Shown one piece after another: positions 42,096-51,852 of a stretch of 64,000 bases of DNA. The DNA lies in contig JBEKIW010000003.1 of NCBI GenBank assembly GCA_050011565.1, forward strand, positions 64,001-128,000. Direction: 5' to 3'. Made by a program: the position numbers and the translations under genes. How positions within the stretch are numbered: position 1 is the first letter of the stretch; every line of letters starts with the position of its first letter. The notes beneath the pieces are model-generated. The model did not search any database, was not told where the DNA came from, and worked only from the letters and a program-made list of their open reading frames with translations. The DNA comes from Dehalococcoidia bacterium. Lineage in GTDB: Bacteria; Chloroflexota; Dehalococcoidia; GIF9; UBA5629.

Positions 42096-43343
42096 ATGTC
42101 TCAAAATCTTTCGTCACAACTTGAAAAGTACCTGCCGCCGCCGGTTCTAGCTCTGGTAAAAATTGCCGGCAAAGAGGCCAGCGAGCTGGGGCAGGAGCTA
42201 TATCTTGTCGGCGGGGTGGTGCGCGACCTGTTTCTGGGGCGTGCTAACTTCGACTTCGATTTAGTTGTCGAGGGAGATGCCATCAGCCTAGCCCGAAGGT
42301 TCGCCAAAGACAGCCAGGCAAAGTTAAAGATTCATTCTCGGTTCGGCACTGCCAAACTTGATTATCCCGGTTTCAGTCTGGACTTAGCCACCGCCCGCAG
42401 TGAAACCTATAGCAAACCGGGAGCTCTGCCCACCGTCAAGCCGGGCAGCCTCAAAGACGACCTCATCCGCCGTGACTTCTCCATCAACGCCATGGCTCTG
42501 CACCTCAACCCCCAACGATTCGGCGAGCTAATCGACCTGTATCACGGCAAAGAAGACCTCGAACGTAGCCTCATCCGTATACTGCACCCAAAAAGCTTCA
42601 TCGACGATGCCACCCGAATCTTGAGGGCGATACGCTACGAGCAAAGGTTAGGCTTCAAGCTGGATGCGGAAACAGAAAAATTGCTCCGTCGGGATGTGGC
42701 TATGCTCCATACCATAAGCGGCGACCGCATAAGGCATGAGTTGGAGCTAATACTGAAAGAAGATGAACCGGAACGAGCCCTCAGACGAGCTGAAGAGCTG
42801 GGAGTCCTCAGTCAACTGCATCCATTGCTCAAAGGCAACGGTTGGCTGGCTAAAACATTCGCTAAAGCCCGGCAGATAGGCAAACGGACATCACTTCCAG
42901 CACTTTATCTATGCCTGCTTATCTACAACCTGACTGAAAAGGCGAACGAGCAGTTCATCTCACGCCTCAACTTCTCCAAAAACTCGTCTCAAGCCATGCG
43001 ACAGACGCTGCAACTTAAGGCACAACTTCACAACCTGGCAAATCCCAGGCTAAAGCCCAGCGACATTTACCAGTTACTTCAAGACTATTCAGCGCCAGCC
43101 ATTCAAGCCAATGCTCTGGCATTGGAATCTCCGACAGCGAGCCAGCAACTGCACTTGTATCTAACCAAATTGCGTTATGTAAAGCCAATATTGAACGGGG
43201 AAGACCTGAAAAGAACGGGCATTCCCGCCGGACCCAAAATAGGCGATATTCTAAGCGCACTTCACAGGGCGCGACTTAACAGTGAAGTGCGGACCAGAAA
43301 AGACGAGGAAAGATTGGTTCAAAATTGGCGACATGCCCAATAA
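42096..43343 (+). CDS. tRNA nucleotidyltransferase (class II, CCA/A-adding type)
   Basis: YLVGGVVRD, DFD, FGTA, ARSETY..PGALP, DDLIRRDFSINAMA, SFIDDATRILRAIRY. Confidence 0.9.
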   Translation: MSQNLSSQLEKYLPPPVLALVKIAGKEASELGQELYLVGGVVRDLFLGRANFDFDLVVEGDAISLARRFAKDSQAKLKIHSRFGTAKLDYPGFSLDLATARSETYSKPGALPTVKPGSLKDDLIRRDFSINAMALHLNPQRFGELIDLYHGKEDLERSLIRILHPKSFIDDATRILRAIRYEQRLGFKLDAETEKLLRRDVAMLHTISGDRIRHELELILKEDEPERALRRAEELGVLSQLHPLLKGNGWLAKTFAKARQIGKRTSLPALYLCLLIYNLTEKANEQFISRLNFSKNSSQAMRQTLQLKAQLHNLANPRLKPSDIYQLLQDYSAPAIQANALALESPTASQQLHLYLTKLRYVKPILNGEDLKRTGIPAGPKIGDILSALHRARLNSEVRTRKDEERLVQNWRHAQ

Positions 43344-43354
43344 AACAAGTTCGA

Positions 43355-44215
43355 TTACACCATCTGTGGGATAATAGTAGATACAGCATAAGCTTCAAGC
43401 CCCTGCCAACTAAGTAGACTGCGAATTTTCTCAGCTTCGGCTTCAGCATCTACCGAAGCAAACAGAGCCGGCCCCGAGCCAGCCAAATGTATATCCTTAG
43501 CACCAACTTCGGCAAAGCGCTCCCGGTAAGTTTTAAGTCCGGGAAAAGCATCAAAGGCTACCTTGTCAAAAACATTAAAAAACAGGCTGGAAGCAATCTG
43601 CTTATCCTTAGACCAGCTTTTCACTGCTTTGTCAACTAAATGCCCGTTGGTAAAATGCCCGGTGTCCAAACGAGTATAAAGCTCCTGTGTTTTATCAGAT
43701 ATTCTGGGCAAAGGTGGTATTAGCAAGACAAACCAACTCGTCGCCGAAACCGGCAAAGGCGTTACCTTTTCGCCTCTGCCCTCTATCAAAGCCACACCCC
43801 TATGTATAAAAAAGGGTACGTCCGAGCCCAATCTGGCCGCCAGCTGGACCAGATCCGAAGTTGTCATATTCAATTCCCAAAGACGGTTTAGAGCCAGCAA
43901 AGTAGCTGCTCCATCGCTGCTGCCACCGCCCAGACCTGCACCCCAGGGAATCCGCTTCTCTAGCTTAATCCTGGCTCCTCTCTGGCAACCGCTGACCTCT
44001 CTGAGCAGTTCAGCCGCTTGAACCACCAGGTTATCCGAAGTCTGAAGACTCGGCTCACTGCATTCCAGGGAAATCGCATCAGCAGACTCGAAAGAAATGA
44101 CATCGCACAGACTGATTGTCTGAATCAGGGTGCGAATCTCGTGGTAGCCATCGTCACGCCTGCCCAGAACTTCGAGGACAAGGTTAATTTTAGCTGGCGC
44201 CAGGTACTTCAGCAT
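43355..44215 (-). CDS. ispE: 4-diphosphocytidyl-2-C-methyl-D-erythritol kinase
   Basis: APAKINLVL...DGYHEI, KRIPWGAGLGGGSSD, LGSDVPFF, GSG. Confidence 0.95.
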   Translation of the reverse strand: MLKYLAPAKINLVLEVLGRRDDGYHEIRTLIQTISLCDVISFESADAISLECSEPSLQTSDNLVVQAAELLREVSGCQRGARIKLEKRIPWGAGLGGGSSDGAATLLALNRLWELNMTTSDLVQLAARLGSDVPFFIHRGVALIEGRGEKVTPLPVSATSWFVLLIPPLPRISDKTQELYTRLDTGHFTNGHLVDKAVKSWSKDKQIASSLFFNVFDKVAFDAFPGLKTYRERFAEVGAKDIHLAGSGPALFASVDAEAEAEKIRSLLSWQGLEAYAVSTIIPQMV

Positions 44216-45078
44216 TGCATCCCAACCTTTTTTGAAACCGCCAAAACCTCGTACAGCTTCGCCCATTCTTCCAGGCTGAGCGTCTCCGCCCGGCGTTTAG
44301 GGTCTATATCAGCCTGATTCAAAAACGGGGCAACTTCAGCCGGTTTCATGCCCAAACCATGCGCCAGCGAATTATGCAATTGTTTCCGCGGTGAACTAAA
44401 GCCACTTTTGACCACTTCGAAAAAGCCGTTCATGTCAGCCACTTTAACCGCAGGCTCGGGCAACACATCAAAACGCAGTATAACCGAATCAACTTTCGGC
44501 TGAGGATAAAAACATCGAGACGGCACATACGATATTATCCTAATCTGACTATACACCTGGAGGCTGACAGCCAGCAGAGACATCTTTCCCGGGCCGGCAA
44601 CAATGGCTTCGCCAACTTCCTTCTGCACCATCATCACCATCAAAGATGGCTTCGGCGAGGCTTCTACAAAATAACGCAGCACGGGTGAGGTAATATAGTA
44701 CGGCAGATTAGCCACCACTTTATACTTGCTTTTACCGCCTAAAAGTTGCGACAGTTTGACTTTGAGTATATCAGCATTAATGACACGTAAATTTGACAGC
44801 GAAGCTAGTCGACGCTGCAGCAGAGAAGCCAGCTCGGCATCGAGTTCCACAGCGATGACATTGCCGGCATGCCGGGCTAGCTGACCGGTCAATATGCCCA
44901 GGCCTGGCCCAACTTCAATTACGGTGTCTCTAGAGGAAAGCTCAGCAGCTTCAACGATGGTGCTTAAAACTCCCTCGTCAATAAGGAAATGCTGGCCCAG
45001 GCTTTTCCTGGCTTTGAGGCCGGACCGGCGAAGCAGATTCTTGACCTGAGCTGAAAATGATGATGTTTTATCAGGCAC
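44209..45078 (-). CDS. rsmA: 16S rRNA dimethyltransferase RsmA/KsgA
   Basis: KSLGQHFL, EVGPGLGILT, ANLPYYI, QKEV, RAETLS. Confidence 0.96.
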   Translation of the reverse strand: MPDKTSSFSAQVKNLLRRSGLKARKSLGQHFLIDEGVLSTIVEAAELSSRDTVIEVGPGLGILTGQLARHAGNVIAVELDAELASLLQRRLASLSNLRVINADILKVKLSQLLGGKSKYKVVANLPYYITSPVLRYFVEASPKPSLMVMMVQKEVGEAIVAGPGKMSLLAVSLQVYSQIRIISYVPSRCFYPQPKVDSVILRFDVLPEPAVKVADMNGFFEVVKSGFSSPRKQLHNSLAHGLGMKPAEVAPFLNQADIDPKRRAETLSLEEWAKLYEVLAVSKKVGMQC

Positions 45079-45087
45079 TTGACGCCT

Positions 45088-45951
45088 TCAAACTTTGAGC
45101 TTAAGTATTCTCCGGGCGTTCTTATACAGGACCTTCTCTATCACCTCCGGTTTATAGCCGCCGCTTTCAAATTCCTGCAACCATCGCTTCGGTGGAATTT
45201 CAGGATAATCCGAACCAAACATAAACTTATCCTGGAGGCGCCCGTTGACCTCTCTCTTTATAACTTCGGGGAAATACTTCGGCGCCCAGCCAGAGAGGTC
45301 GGCATAGACATTGCCTTTATGTAGCAAAACTGCGATTTGCTCTTCATGCCACGGCCAAGCAGGATGAATCATGATTATAGTCAGCTCAGGGAAATCCGCC
45401 GCCACATCATCGATATACGGAATAGGCATGGTGTATTTTAGACGTATCCCGTAACCGCCGGGCATGCCGGCCCCGGCTCCGGTAGTCCCGGTGTGAAAAG
45501 AGACCGGTATTTTCAGCTCAACGCACCTCTCATAAAGCGGATAAAACCGCCTGTCATTGGGGAAGAACGCCTGGAGGGCTTGCTGAAATTTTAGCCCCAT
45601 CAACCCTAGCTCCTTAACACATCTCTCCAATTCTCTTATAGCCGCCTTGCCCTTCCACGGGTCAATCATCGCCCAGCCGCCGATAAACACGTCGGGGAAT
45701 TTCTTGATTAGCCGGGCTACTTCATCATTGGTATTGCTGGTATCATAGCCGCTCACAGATTCGGCATCCCAGCCTATTAAGATAGCCTTTAAGTCCAGCT
45801 CCCTGAAATCCTGCGCCATCTCCTCATCGGTCTTGACCTTGTACTCGACTCCGTAATACTTGGAAATGTACTCCACCAGCTCCGGCCCCCACATACGCTT
45901 GCGGTCAAAGGCAGCCGTGCTGGGATGAGCATGAACATCGATAGCTTTCAT
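45088..45951 (-). CDS. Amidohydrolase_2 family protein
   Basis: IDVHAH, FHTGTTG, IHPAWPW, DLSGWAPKY, FGSDYP. Confidence 0.85.
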   Translation of the reverse strand: MKAIDVHAHPSTAAFDRKRMWGPELVEYISKYYGVEYKVKTDEEMAQDFRELDLKAILIGWDAESVSGYDTSNTNDEVARLIKKFPDVFIGGWAMIDPWKGKAAIRELERCVKELGLMGLKFQQALQAFFPNDRRFYPLYERCVELKIPVSFHTGTTGAGAGMPGGYGIRLKYTMPIPYIDDVAADFPELTIIMIHPAWPWHEEQIAVLLHKGNVYADLSGWAPKYFPEVIKREVNGRLQDKFMFGSDYPEIPPKRWLQEFESGGYKPEVIEKVLYKNARRILKLKV

Positions 45952-45965
45952 TTCAAAATCTCCTG

Positions 45966-46757
45966 TTACATCATGGTGTAGCCGCCGCTAACACTGATGG
46001 TCTGCCCCGTTATATAACTGGCCGCATCCGAAGCCAGAAAGACAACCGCATTGGCAATGTCCTCCGGTTTGCCCAGTCGGCGCAATGGGTAAGCTTTCGC
46101 TGCCTTCTCCTGCGCCTCGGGGGTGAAAACTTGAGCCATCGATCCCTTCCACATACTCAATTCGCCGGCATACTCAGGATTTTCGGGCACGGTAACTCCC
46201 GGGCAAACCACGTTAACATTTATGCCGTAGCGACCCAGCTCGCGAGCCAATGATTTAGACAGGGCAATAACACCGCCTTTACAAGCAGCATAGACTGCTT
46301 CCCTGTATTCACCCATTCTGCCGGCGTCGGAGCCGATGCTGATAATCTTGCCGTATTTTCGCTCAATCATGTGGTCAAGGACAGCTCTGGCGCAATTTAC
46401 AATACCCCAGAAATTAATATTTACTTCTTTCTCCCATTCCGACCTCGTCTTCTCCATAAACAGCCGGTCTAAAGTCCAGCCCACATTATTTACTAAAACA
46501 TCCAGTTTCCCGAATTCCTCAATTGTTCCCTTGACCATAGCCGCCACCGAATCAAAACTGGTGACGTCGGTCTTGATAGCTATAACCTTACCGCTCAGAG
46601 AAGCAGCCTCTTTAGCCACCTTTTGTGCCTGAACTTCATCTATATCGGCAATAACCACGTTCGATTTTTCTTTAGCGAAGGCCAGGACTATAGCCCGACC
46701 GATATTCGAGCCGCCTCCGGTAACAATCACCGTTTTGTCTGCCAGATTCAAATCCAT
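45966..46757 (-). CDS. SDR oxidoreductase (BadH-like acyl-CoA-level dehydrogenase)
   Basis: TGGGSNIG, NNVGW, SDAGRMG, YAACK, VCPG, GQTISVSGGYTM. Confidence 0.88.
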   Translation of the reverse strand: MDLNLADKTVIVTGGGSNIGRAIVLAFAKEKSNVVIADIDEVQAQKVAKEAASLSGKVIAIKTDVTSFDSVAAMVKGTIEEFGKLDVLVNNVGWTLDRLFMEKTRSEWEKEVNINFWGIVNCARAVLDHMIERKYGKIISIGSDAGRMGEYREAVYAACKGGVIALSKSLARELGRYGINVNVVCPGVTVPENPEYAGELSMWKGSMAQVFTPEAQEKAAKAYPLRRLGKPEDIANAVVFLASDAASYITGQTISVSGGYTMM

Positions 46758-46785
46758 TTCTCAAACCCCTGATTTTCAAAAATAT

Positions 46786-47055
46786 GGGCCGTGCACCGAC
46801 TGTCGATTTCTGCCTTTCAGCTTACTCCAGTTAGCCGGCTCCGACCAGGTAGCCTTGCGGCACCCGGAGAATACTATTTACCGCTGCTTCCTTCCGGACC
46901 TGACGGGGTTCATAGTTCTCCGCCGCGCAAGACCCAGCCCTCAACGCCACTTGACCGGAGCAGTCCTGAAAAACAAAAACCTCGAGCCGGACTTCAACCC
47001 CGCTATAGCGGATCTCGGGTACAGGGCACCGCTAGTTCCCCGTCTAGCACGACCC
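46786..47055 (-). ncRNA. ffs: Large bacterial SRP RNA (Alu + S domains)
   Basis: Minus strand begins GGGTCGTGCTAGACGGGGAACTAGCGGTGCCCTGTACCCG (Alu-like), contains helix 8 CAGGTCCGGAAGGAAGCAGC and ends GCACGGCCC, which pairs with the 5' end. Confidence 0.93.
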
Positions 47056-47061
47056 AATCCA

Positions 47062-47090
47062 ATACTACTATGGAGTCTTGGACTTTTCAA
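47062..47090 (-). promoter_or_regulatory. sigma70-type promoter of ffs
   Basis: TTGAAA-17 nt-TAGTAT, 6 nt before the RNA 5' end. Confidence 0.7.
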
Positions 47091-47091
47091 G

Positions 47092-47820
47092 CTACCGGCC
47101 GACGCTTAAACGTAAAATAAGCGGCGTGGGCAGTCCCTGCTCTGCCATCTTTTTTTGCGTAGCTGGAATATCGTATTCAACCCGGTAGTGGCGGACAGTC
47201 TGAGCCTCAGTATCATAAATAGCATAGCTGGCTCTAGGGTCGCCGTCCCTGGGCTGCCCTACGCCACCCGGATTGATAATCATGCGTTTTTCTTTCAGCT
47301 TGAGGTTGGCTTCAGTAAATTCCCTGTAGACCGCTTTATCTGCGGCAAGCTCGAAAATGAGAGGGATATGGGAATGCCCTACCAGACAATAAGCCGTTTC
47401 AAAATAAGCAAAGTTGTCTTGGGCGGCTTCGGTCGATAGTAAATATTCCCATATAGGCTCCCGCGGGCTGCCATGGGCGAGTGTAAAATCGTCCTCACGA
47501 AGTGTGAGAGGCAGGCCCAGCAAATAGTCTCTGTCTTCAGCAGTTAGCTGCTCCGAGGTCCAATGAGCAGCCGCAGCCGCCACCGGATTGAATTCAGAGG
47601 TATCCATCTTACCTATGGCTGCCCAATCGTGATTGCCGGCAATGCATACAGGTTCAAATTGACGCAGACGTTTAATGCATTCATTGGGGTCAGGACCATA
47701 GCCTACCACATCGCCCAGACACCATATCTTATCAAAGCCACCCCTGCCATCAGCATCGCTAAGCACCGCCTCAAAGGCTGCCAGATTGCTGTGAATATCA
47801 GCCAGGATTGCATAGCGCAT
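47092..47820 (-). CDS. Metallophosphoesterase (calcineurin-like)
   Basis: DIHSN, GDVVGYG, GNHD, HGSP, GHSH, NPGGVGQPRDGD. Confidence 0.92.
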   Translation of the reverse strand: MRYAILADIHSNLAAFEAVLSDADGRGGFDKIWCLGDVVGYGPDPNECIKRLRQFEPVCIAGNHDWAAIGKMDTSEFNPVAAAAAHWTSEQLTAEDRDYLLGLPLTLREDDFTLAHGSPREPIWEYLLSTEAAQDNFAYFETAYCLVGHSHIPLIFELAADKAVYREFTEANLKLKEKRMIINPGGVGQPRDGDPRASYAIYDTEAQTVRHYRVEYDIPATQKKMAEQGLPTPLILRLSVGR

Positions 47821-47947
47821 AACGCTTAACTATAACATCTGAAGGTCGATTTGTTAAGTTGACATTCTAAGGGTATAGACAAAAAAATAGAAACAGGTAA
47901 AATAGTGTTTAAAATAACGTCAGAAGTAACGTATAGGGAAAGTCGAT

Positions 47948-48346
47948 ATGTATTATTTCGCTTATGCATCCAATCTAAATCGGAAACAGATAGTAGAGCG
48001 CGCTCCGGACAGCAAGCCGAAGTGCATTGCTACCTTGCCTAATTTTAAACTGACATTCACGGCGCGGGCCGGCCGGAAAGGCGGAGTTGCTAGCATAACA
48101 CCGCATCGGGGGGAAAAGGTACTGGGCGCTGTCTACGAAATATCGGAGAGGGATTTGAAACGGCTGGATGGGTATGAAGGTTATCCTACAGTCTACGACC
48201 GACGCAAGGTAACTGTTTGGACTGAGACCAACGAACCGATAGAAGCTATCACTTATATCAAGATTGAGCAATCGACGGAACTGAAGCCGGCGCCGGATTA
48301 TCTGGCTGTTATTCAGCAAGGCTACCGGGACTGGCAATTAGTTTGA
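47948..48346 (+). CDS. Gamma-glutamylcyclotransferase (AIG2-like)
   Basis: YFAYASNL, GAVYEI, LDGYEGYP..Y. Confidence 0.85.
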   Translation: MYYFAYASNLNRKQIVERAPDSKPKCIATLPNFKLTFTARAGRKGGVASITPHRGEKVLGAVYEISERDLKRLDGYEGYPTVYDRRKVTVWTETNEPIEAITYIKIEQSTELKPAPDYLAVIQQGYRDWQLV

Positions 48347-48348
48347 GC

Positions 48349-48795
48349 TTATACTTTTGACCTGGTGTTCTTTTCTATGTCTATCAATACGTAACAAACG
48401 TCGGCAAAAGCTACTAGAAACAAGCCGGACAATATCGAAGCTATGAGACCAACTACCGCTATACCCACCGTGCCCAGACCGGCACTCAAGGGTATGAAAT
48501 CAGCCAATGCTCCTGTACCGCCGAGTGCTAACACAGCCAGAGCAATAGAAAAAAGGCTGCCGCCTATCATCACTACCCAGCCGATAATTCTATATACGGT
48601 GGCTACAGCCCTTAAAGCCCCGTATTTCCCGGACGGTGCGGTCTCTCTAACTACCGGCTTGGTGGGCGCTGCCGGCTGCGGCTCCCGAACTGGCTGCGGA
48701 ATGGCAACTGGCAATCTTTCTCCACAAGTTGTACAAAATTGTGGACCGGCACTATCCGCACCACAATGTGGACATCTAACTACCTGTTGTTGCAT
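48349..48795 (-). CDS. Zinc-ribbon membrane protein
   Basis: CPHC...CTTC, Pro linker, two TM helices, ending IDIEKNTR. Confidence 0.75.
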   Translation of the reverse strand: MQQQVVRCPHCGADSAGPQFCTTCGERLPVAIPQPVREPQPAAPTKPVVRETAPSGKYGALRAVATVYRIIGWVVMIGGSLFSIALAVLALGGTGALADFIPLSAGLGTVGIAVVGLIASILSGLFLVAFADVCYVLIDIEKNTRSKV

Positions 48796-48820
48796 GTGTA
48801 ACTATTAAACCTCGTCCCAC

Positions 48821-49303
48821 TCAAGCGACAAATGGAAGCTTGTAGTTGAAGGCAAGGACCATTACTATAACGACAATTAAGTACAGTATGCCGCCGATTA
48901 ATATGCTCAATAATAGCAGCCGCCACCACAGACCCCAAGCCAAACCCCAGGTCGGCTTGAATTCAACTTGCTGACGAGGAAAGACAGGTTTTGCTGCCTT
49001 GGCCGGTACCTGCTGCGCTGGAACAGCCGGCACTTCCTGAGTCGGCGTAGTTGATATCTGCTGAGCCGGGGCAGTTGGCGCTTGCTGAGCCGCGGTAGTG
49101 GGCATCTGATGAACCACGGCAACCAATCTGGCTCCGCAACTTCCACAAAACTGCTGCCCGGGCAGATTCATGAAGCTGCAGTTAGGACATTTGACTTTTT
49201 GCTGCTGGACCTCAGTAACGAGCTTGGCTCCACATTTCCCGCAGAACTGTTGTCCCGCAGCGTTCGCTGTGCCACAGTTAGCGCATCTGACCATCTGCTC
49301 CAT
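48821..49303 (-). CDS. Double zinc-ribbon membrane protein
   Basis: CANC..CGKC, CPNC..CGSC, (A/P)AQQ(V/A)P repeats, C-terminal TM; GGAGG RBS. Confidence 0.78.
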   Translation of the reverse strand: MEQMVRCANCGTANAAGQQFCGKCGAKLVTEVQQQKVKCPNCSFMNLPGQQFCGSCGARLVAVVHQMPTTAAQQAPTAPAQQISTTPTQEVPAVPAQQVPAKAAKPVFPRQQVEFKPTWGLAWGLWWRLLLLSILIGGILYLIVVIVMVLAFNYKLPFVA

Positions 49304-49437
49304 ATCACTGACCTCCTTAGCTATTTAAACGCATTATATAACTTGCATTTGACACATACAAGACTTCTTAAGCAAAAATGCCTGTTTTTTGACATGAAAA
49401 CGGTGTAATGATGAAATCCCAGCCTTGTCCCCCACTG

Positions 49438-49569
49438 CAAATCTCAAATCTCAATCCCCCAAATCATAAACAATACCAAAAATTTAAATCTCAAACTCGA
49501 AACAATTTTGGTAATTAATATTTGTGATTTTGGACTTATTTGGAGCTCGTGATTTCGAAATTGGATTTT
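49438..49569. repeat. Inverted heptamer-array element, gene-less copy B
   Basis: CAAATCT CAAATCT CAATCCC CCAAATC...TAAATCT CAAACTC then TTTGTGA TTTTGGA...GATTTCG AAATTGG ATTT. Confidence 0.7.
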
Positions 49570-49667
49570 TAACCATCCGGGCGAGCACGCCACCAATGAC
49601 TCGCAGGCTATTGCGGGAATCAGCAGTTTCTTTAGCCTAACAGAGGCCGTATGTTATAATCGCAGCC

Positions 49668-50678
49668 ATGAACGTATCGGAACTGGGCGAATTCGGCCTA
49701 ATCGAGCTTCTGGCCGATATCGTCGATAAAACCAAAAATCCAAAAGATGTCTCCTGGCAACGCTTGGTCATCGGTACCGGTGACGATGCCGCTGCCTGGC
49801 GGGTGGACGATGCTATACAACTGGCCACGACAGACGGCCTGGTCCAGGATACGCACTTCGACTTGAATATCGTCACCTGGGAAGAGCTGGGCTGGAAAGC
49901 CATTGCTGTGAACCTGAGTGATATCGCCGCTATGGGCGGCGTCCCCAAATATGCACTTATTTCACTGGCCTTGCCCGGTGAACTCGAAACCGATAATGTC
50001 TCCAGCCTCTATCAGGGCATGGCTCAAATAGCCAGCAGGTTCGGAGTGGCTATAGTGGGTGGCAACATCGCTTCCGCAGACAAAACCATAATTAACGTAA
50101 CCGTTTTGGGTAGCCTGGAATCCGCTTCGGCGCTTACCCGCTCAGCAGCCGTGCCGGGTGACCAGATAGCCGTTACCGGATATTTGGGGCTATCGGCCGC
50201 CGGACTCAGGACGCTCAAGCAACATCTCAAATTCGACGTTGAAACCGCCCAACTTCTGCGCCAGGCGCATCTAAAGCCGATGCCTAGAGTAGATGAGGGG
50301 CAAATTCTGCTGCACCACGGGGTTAAAGCTGCTATAGATATAAGCGATGGTCTAATCGCCGACCTGACCCATATATGCCAGGCAAGCAAAGTCAGCGCCG
50401 GGATAAACCAAGACGAGCTGTTAATCCATCCGGCACTCAAAAACAACTTCAAATCGGATTACTTGCAGCTAGCATTAAGCGGCGGCGAAGACTATGAACT
50501 GCTCTTTACCGCCAGCAATCAGGTTATCGCCCAAATAAAACAGGCCATATCTTGTCCGGTGACGGTAATCGGTGACATAACACAAGGAAAACCGGGGCAG
50601 GTAACTCTAATTGACGCTGACGGTGGAATTATCCCGTGGCAAAAAGCAGGCTGGGAGCATTTCAAATCTCAGACATGA
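49668..50678 (+). CDS. thiL: Thiamine-phosphate kinase
   Basis: GEFGLI, GDDAA, TTD, NLSDIAAMGG, DISDGL..DL, GGEDYEL. Confidence 0.96.
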   Translation: MNVSELGEFGLIELLADIVDKTKNPKDVSWQRLVIGTGDDAAAWRVDDAIQLATTDGLVQDTHFDLNIVTWEELGWKAIAVNLSDIAAMGGVPKYALISLALPGELETDNVSSLYQGMAQIASRFGVAIVGGNIASADKTIINVTVLGSLESASALTRSAAVPGDQIAVTGYLGLSAAGLRTLKQHLKFDVETAQLLRQAHLKPMPRVDEGQILLHHGVKAAIDISDGLIADLTHICQASKVSAGINQDELLIHPALKNNFKSDYLQLALSGGEDYELLFTASNQVIAQIKQAISCPVTVIGDITQGKPGQVTLIDADGGIIPWQKAGWEHFKSQT

Positions 50679-51166
50679 ACGCCAAAATGATAGAGTTAAA
50701 ACTTATCTCTCGCAGCTCAGAGCAGACACAGCACCTGGGAACGCGGCTCGGCGAGCTGGCTCAGTCCGGTGACGTATTTCTTCTCACCGGCAACCTGGGA
50801 ACTGGTAAGACCTGCCTGACACAGGGCATCGCCTGGGGACTCGGCGTCAAAGAATATGCCTTCAGCCCCTCCTTCGTTATAATAAGAGAATACCACGGCA
50901 GGCTACCCCTATACCATATAGATTTCTATCGGCTCGACCGCATCGAGGAAATAGTCGACCTGGGGCTTAACGAATATCTGTGCGGCAAAGGTGTTTGCGT
51001 CGTCGAATGGGCGGAGAAAGGCATAGCCGTGCTGCCCAAAGAGCACCTTCTGATTAATCTAAGCTATATGTCCGATACGGAGCGCTCCATTAGCCTTGAG
51101 CCTAAAGGTCATCGCTATGCCGAATTGTTAAAATCTCTTGATTCGGACCTAAAAACATGGAGCTAG
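50675..51166 (+). CDS. tsaE: tRNA t6A biosynthesis ATPase TsaE
   Basis: GNLGTGKT, SPSF, YHIDFYRL, VEWAE. Confidence 0.94.
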   Translation: MNAKMIELKLISRSSEQTQHLGTRLGELAQSGDVFLLTGNLGTGKTCLTQGIAWGLGVKEYAFSPSFVIIREYHGRLPLYHIDFYRLDRIEEIVDLGLNEYLCGKGVCVVEWAEKGIAVLPKEHLLINLSYMSDTERSISLEPKGHRYAELLKSLDSDLKTWS

Positions 51167-51834
51167 CTATAGATACTTCAACCGACTTTTGCAGCATCGG
51201 CTTATCTTGCGAGGGAGAGACGTTAGCCGAAATGGCCTGGCATTCCGGGCAGAACCATACCGTGGAACTGGCGCCAAATATAACTCGTCTACTAAATCAG
51301 GCCAAAAGCAGTCCTCAGTCGTTGGACGCCATATTCGTAGCCAAAGGCCCCGGCAGCTTCAACGGACTTAGAGTGGGCATAAGTACCGCCAAAGGTTTAG
51401 CCTTTGCCCTTGATATACCACTGGTTGGAATCAGTACCTTAGAAGTCGAGGCTTATCCTTTCGCCTTTGCTAAACTCCCTATATGCCCGATTCATAACGC
51501 CGGCCGTGGTGAGATTGCCGCCGCCGTTTATCAATTAAAAGATACCTGGCGCTGCCTTACATCGGAACATATCACCACCACCGACGCCTTATGTCGACAA
51601 ATCAAACAGAAAACGGTATTCTGCGGTGAAATCCCGCCGTCTATCATCGAGGAATTAAAAAAATGTCTGGCCGGGTACGCCATAATACCTAACGCTGCAG
51701 CCAGGTTGAGGCATGCCAGCTATCTGGCAGCATTAGGCTGGCAACGTCTGGACGGAGGACAACTTGACGATGCCGCTAGTCTCCAGCCGTTGTACCTGCG
51801 CCAGCCGCCGATTACTCAACGCAAAGTGAAATAA
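51157..51834 (+). CDS. tsaB: tRNA t6A biosynthesis protein TsaB
   Basis: LAIDTS, GPGSFNGLRVG, PLYLR. Confidence 0.94.
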   Translation: MELAIDTSTDFCSIGLSCEGETLAEMAWHSGQNHTVELAPNITRLLNQAKSSPQSLDAIFVAKGPGSFNGLRVGISTAKGLAFALDIPLVGISTLEVEAYPFAFAKLPICPIHNAGRGEIAAAVYQLKDTWRCLTSEHITTTDALCRQIKQKTVFCGEIPPSIIEELKKCLAGYAIIPNAAARLRHASYLAALGWQRLDGGQLDDAASLQPLYLRQPPITQRKVK

Positions 51835-51852
51835 CTTTATAAGGAGACTAAA

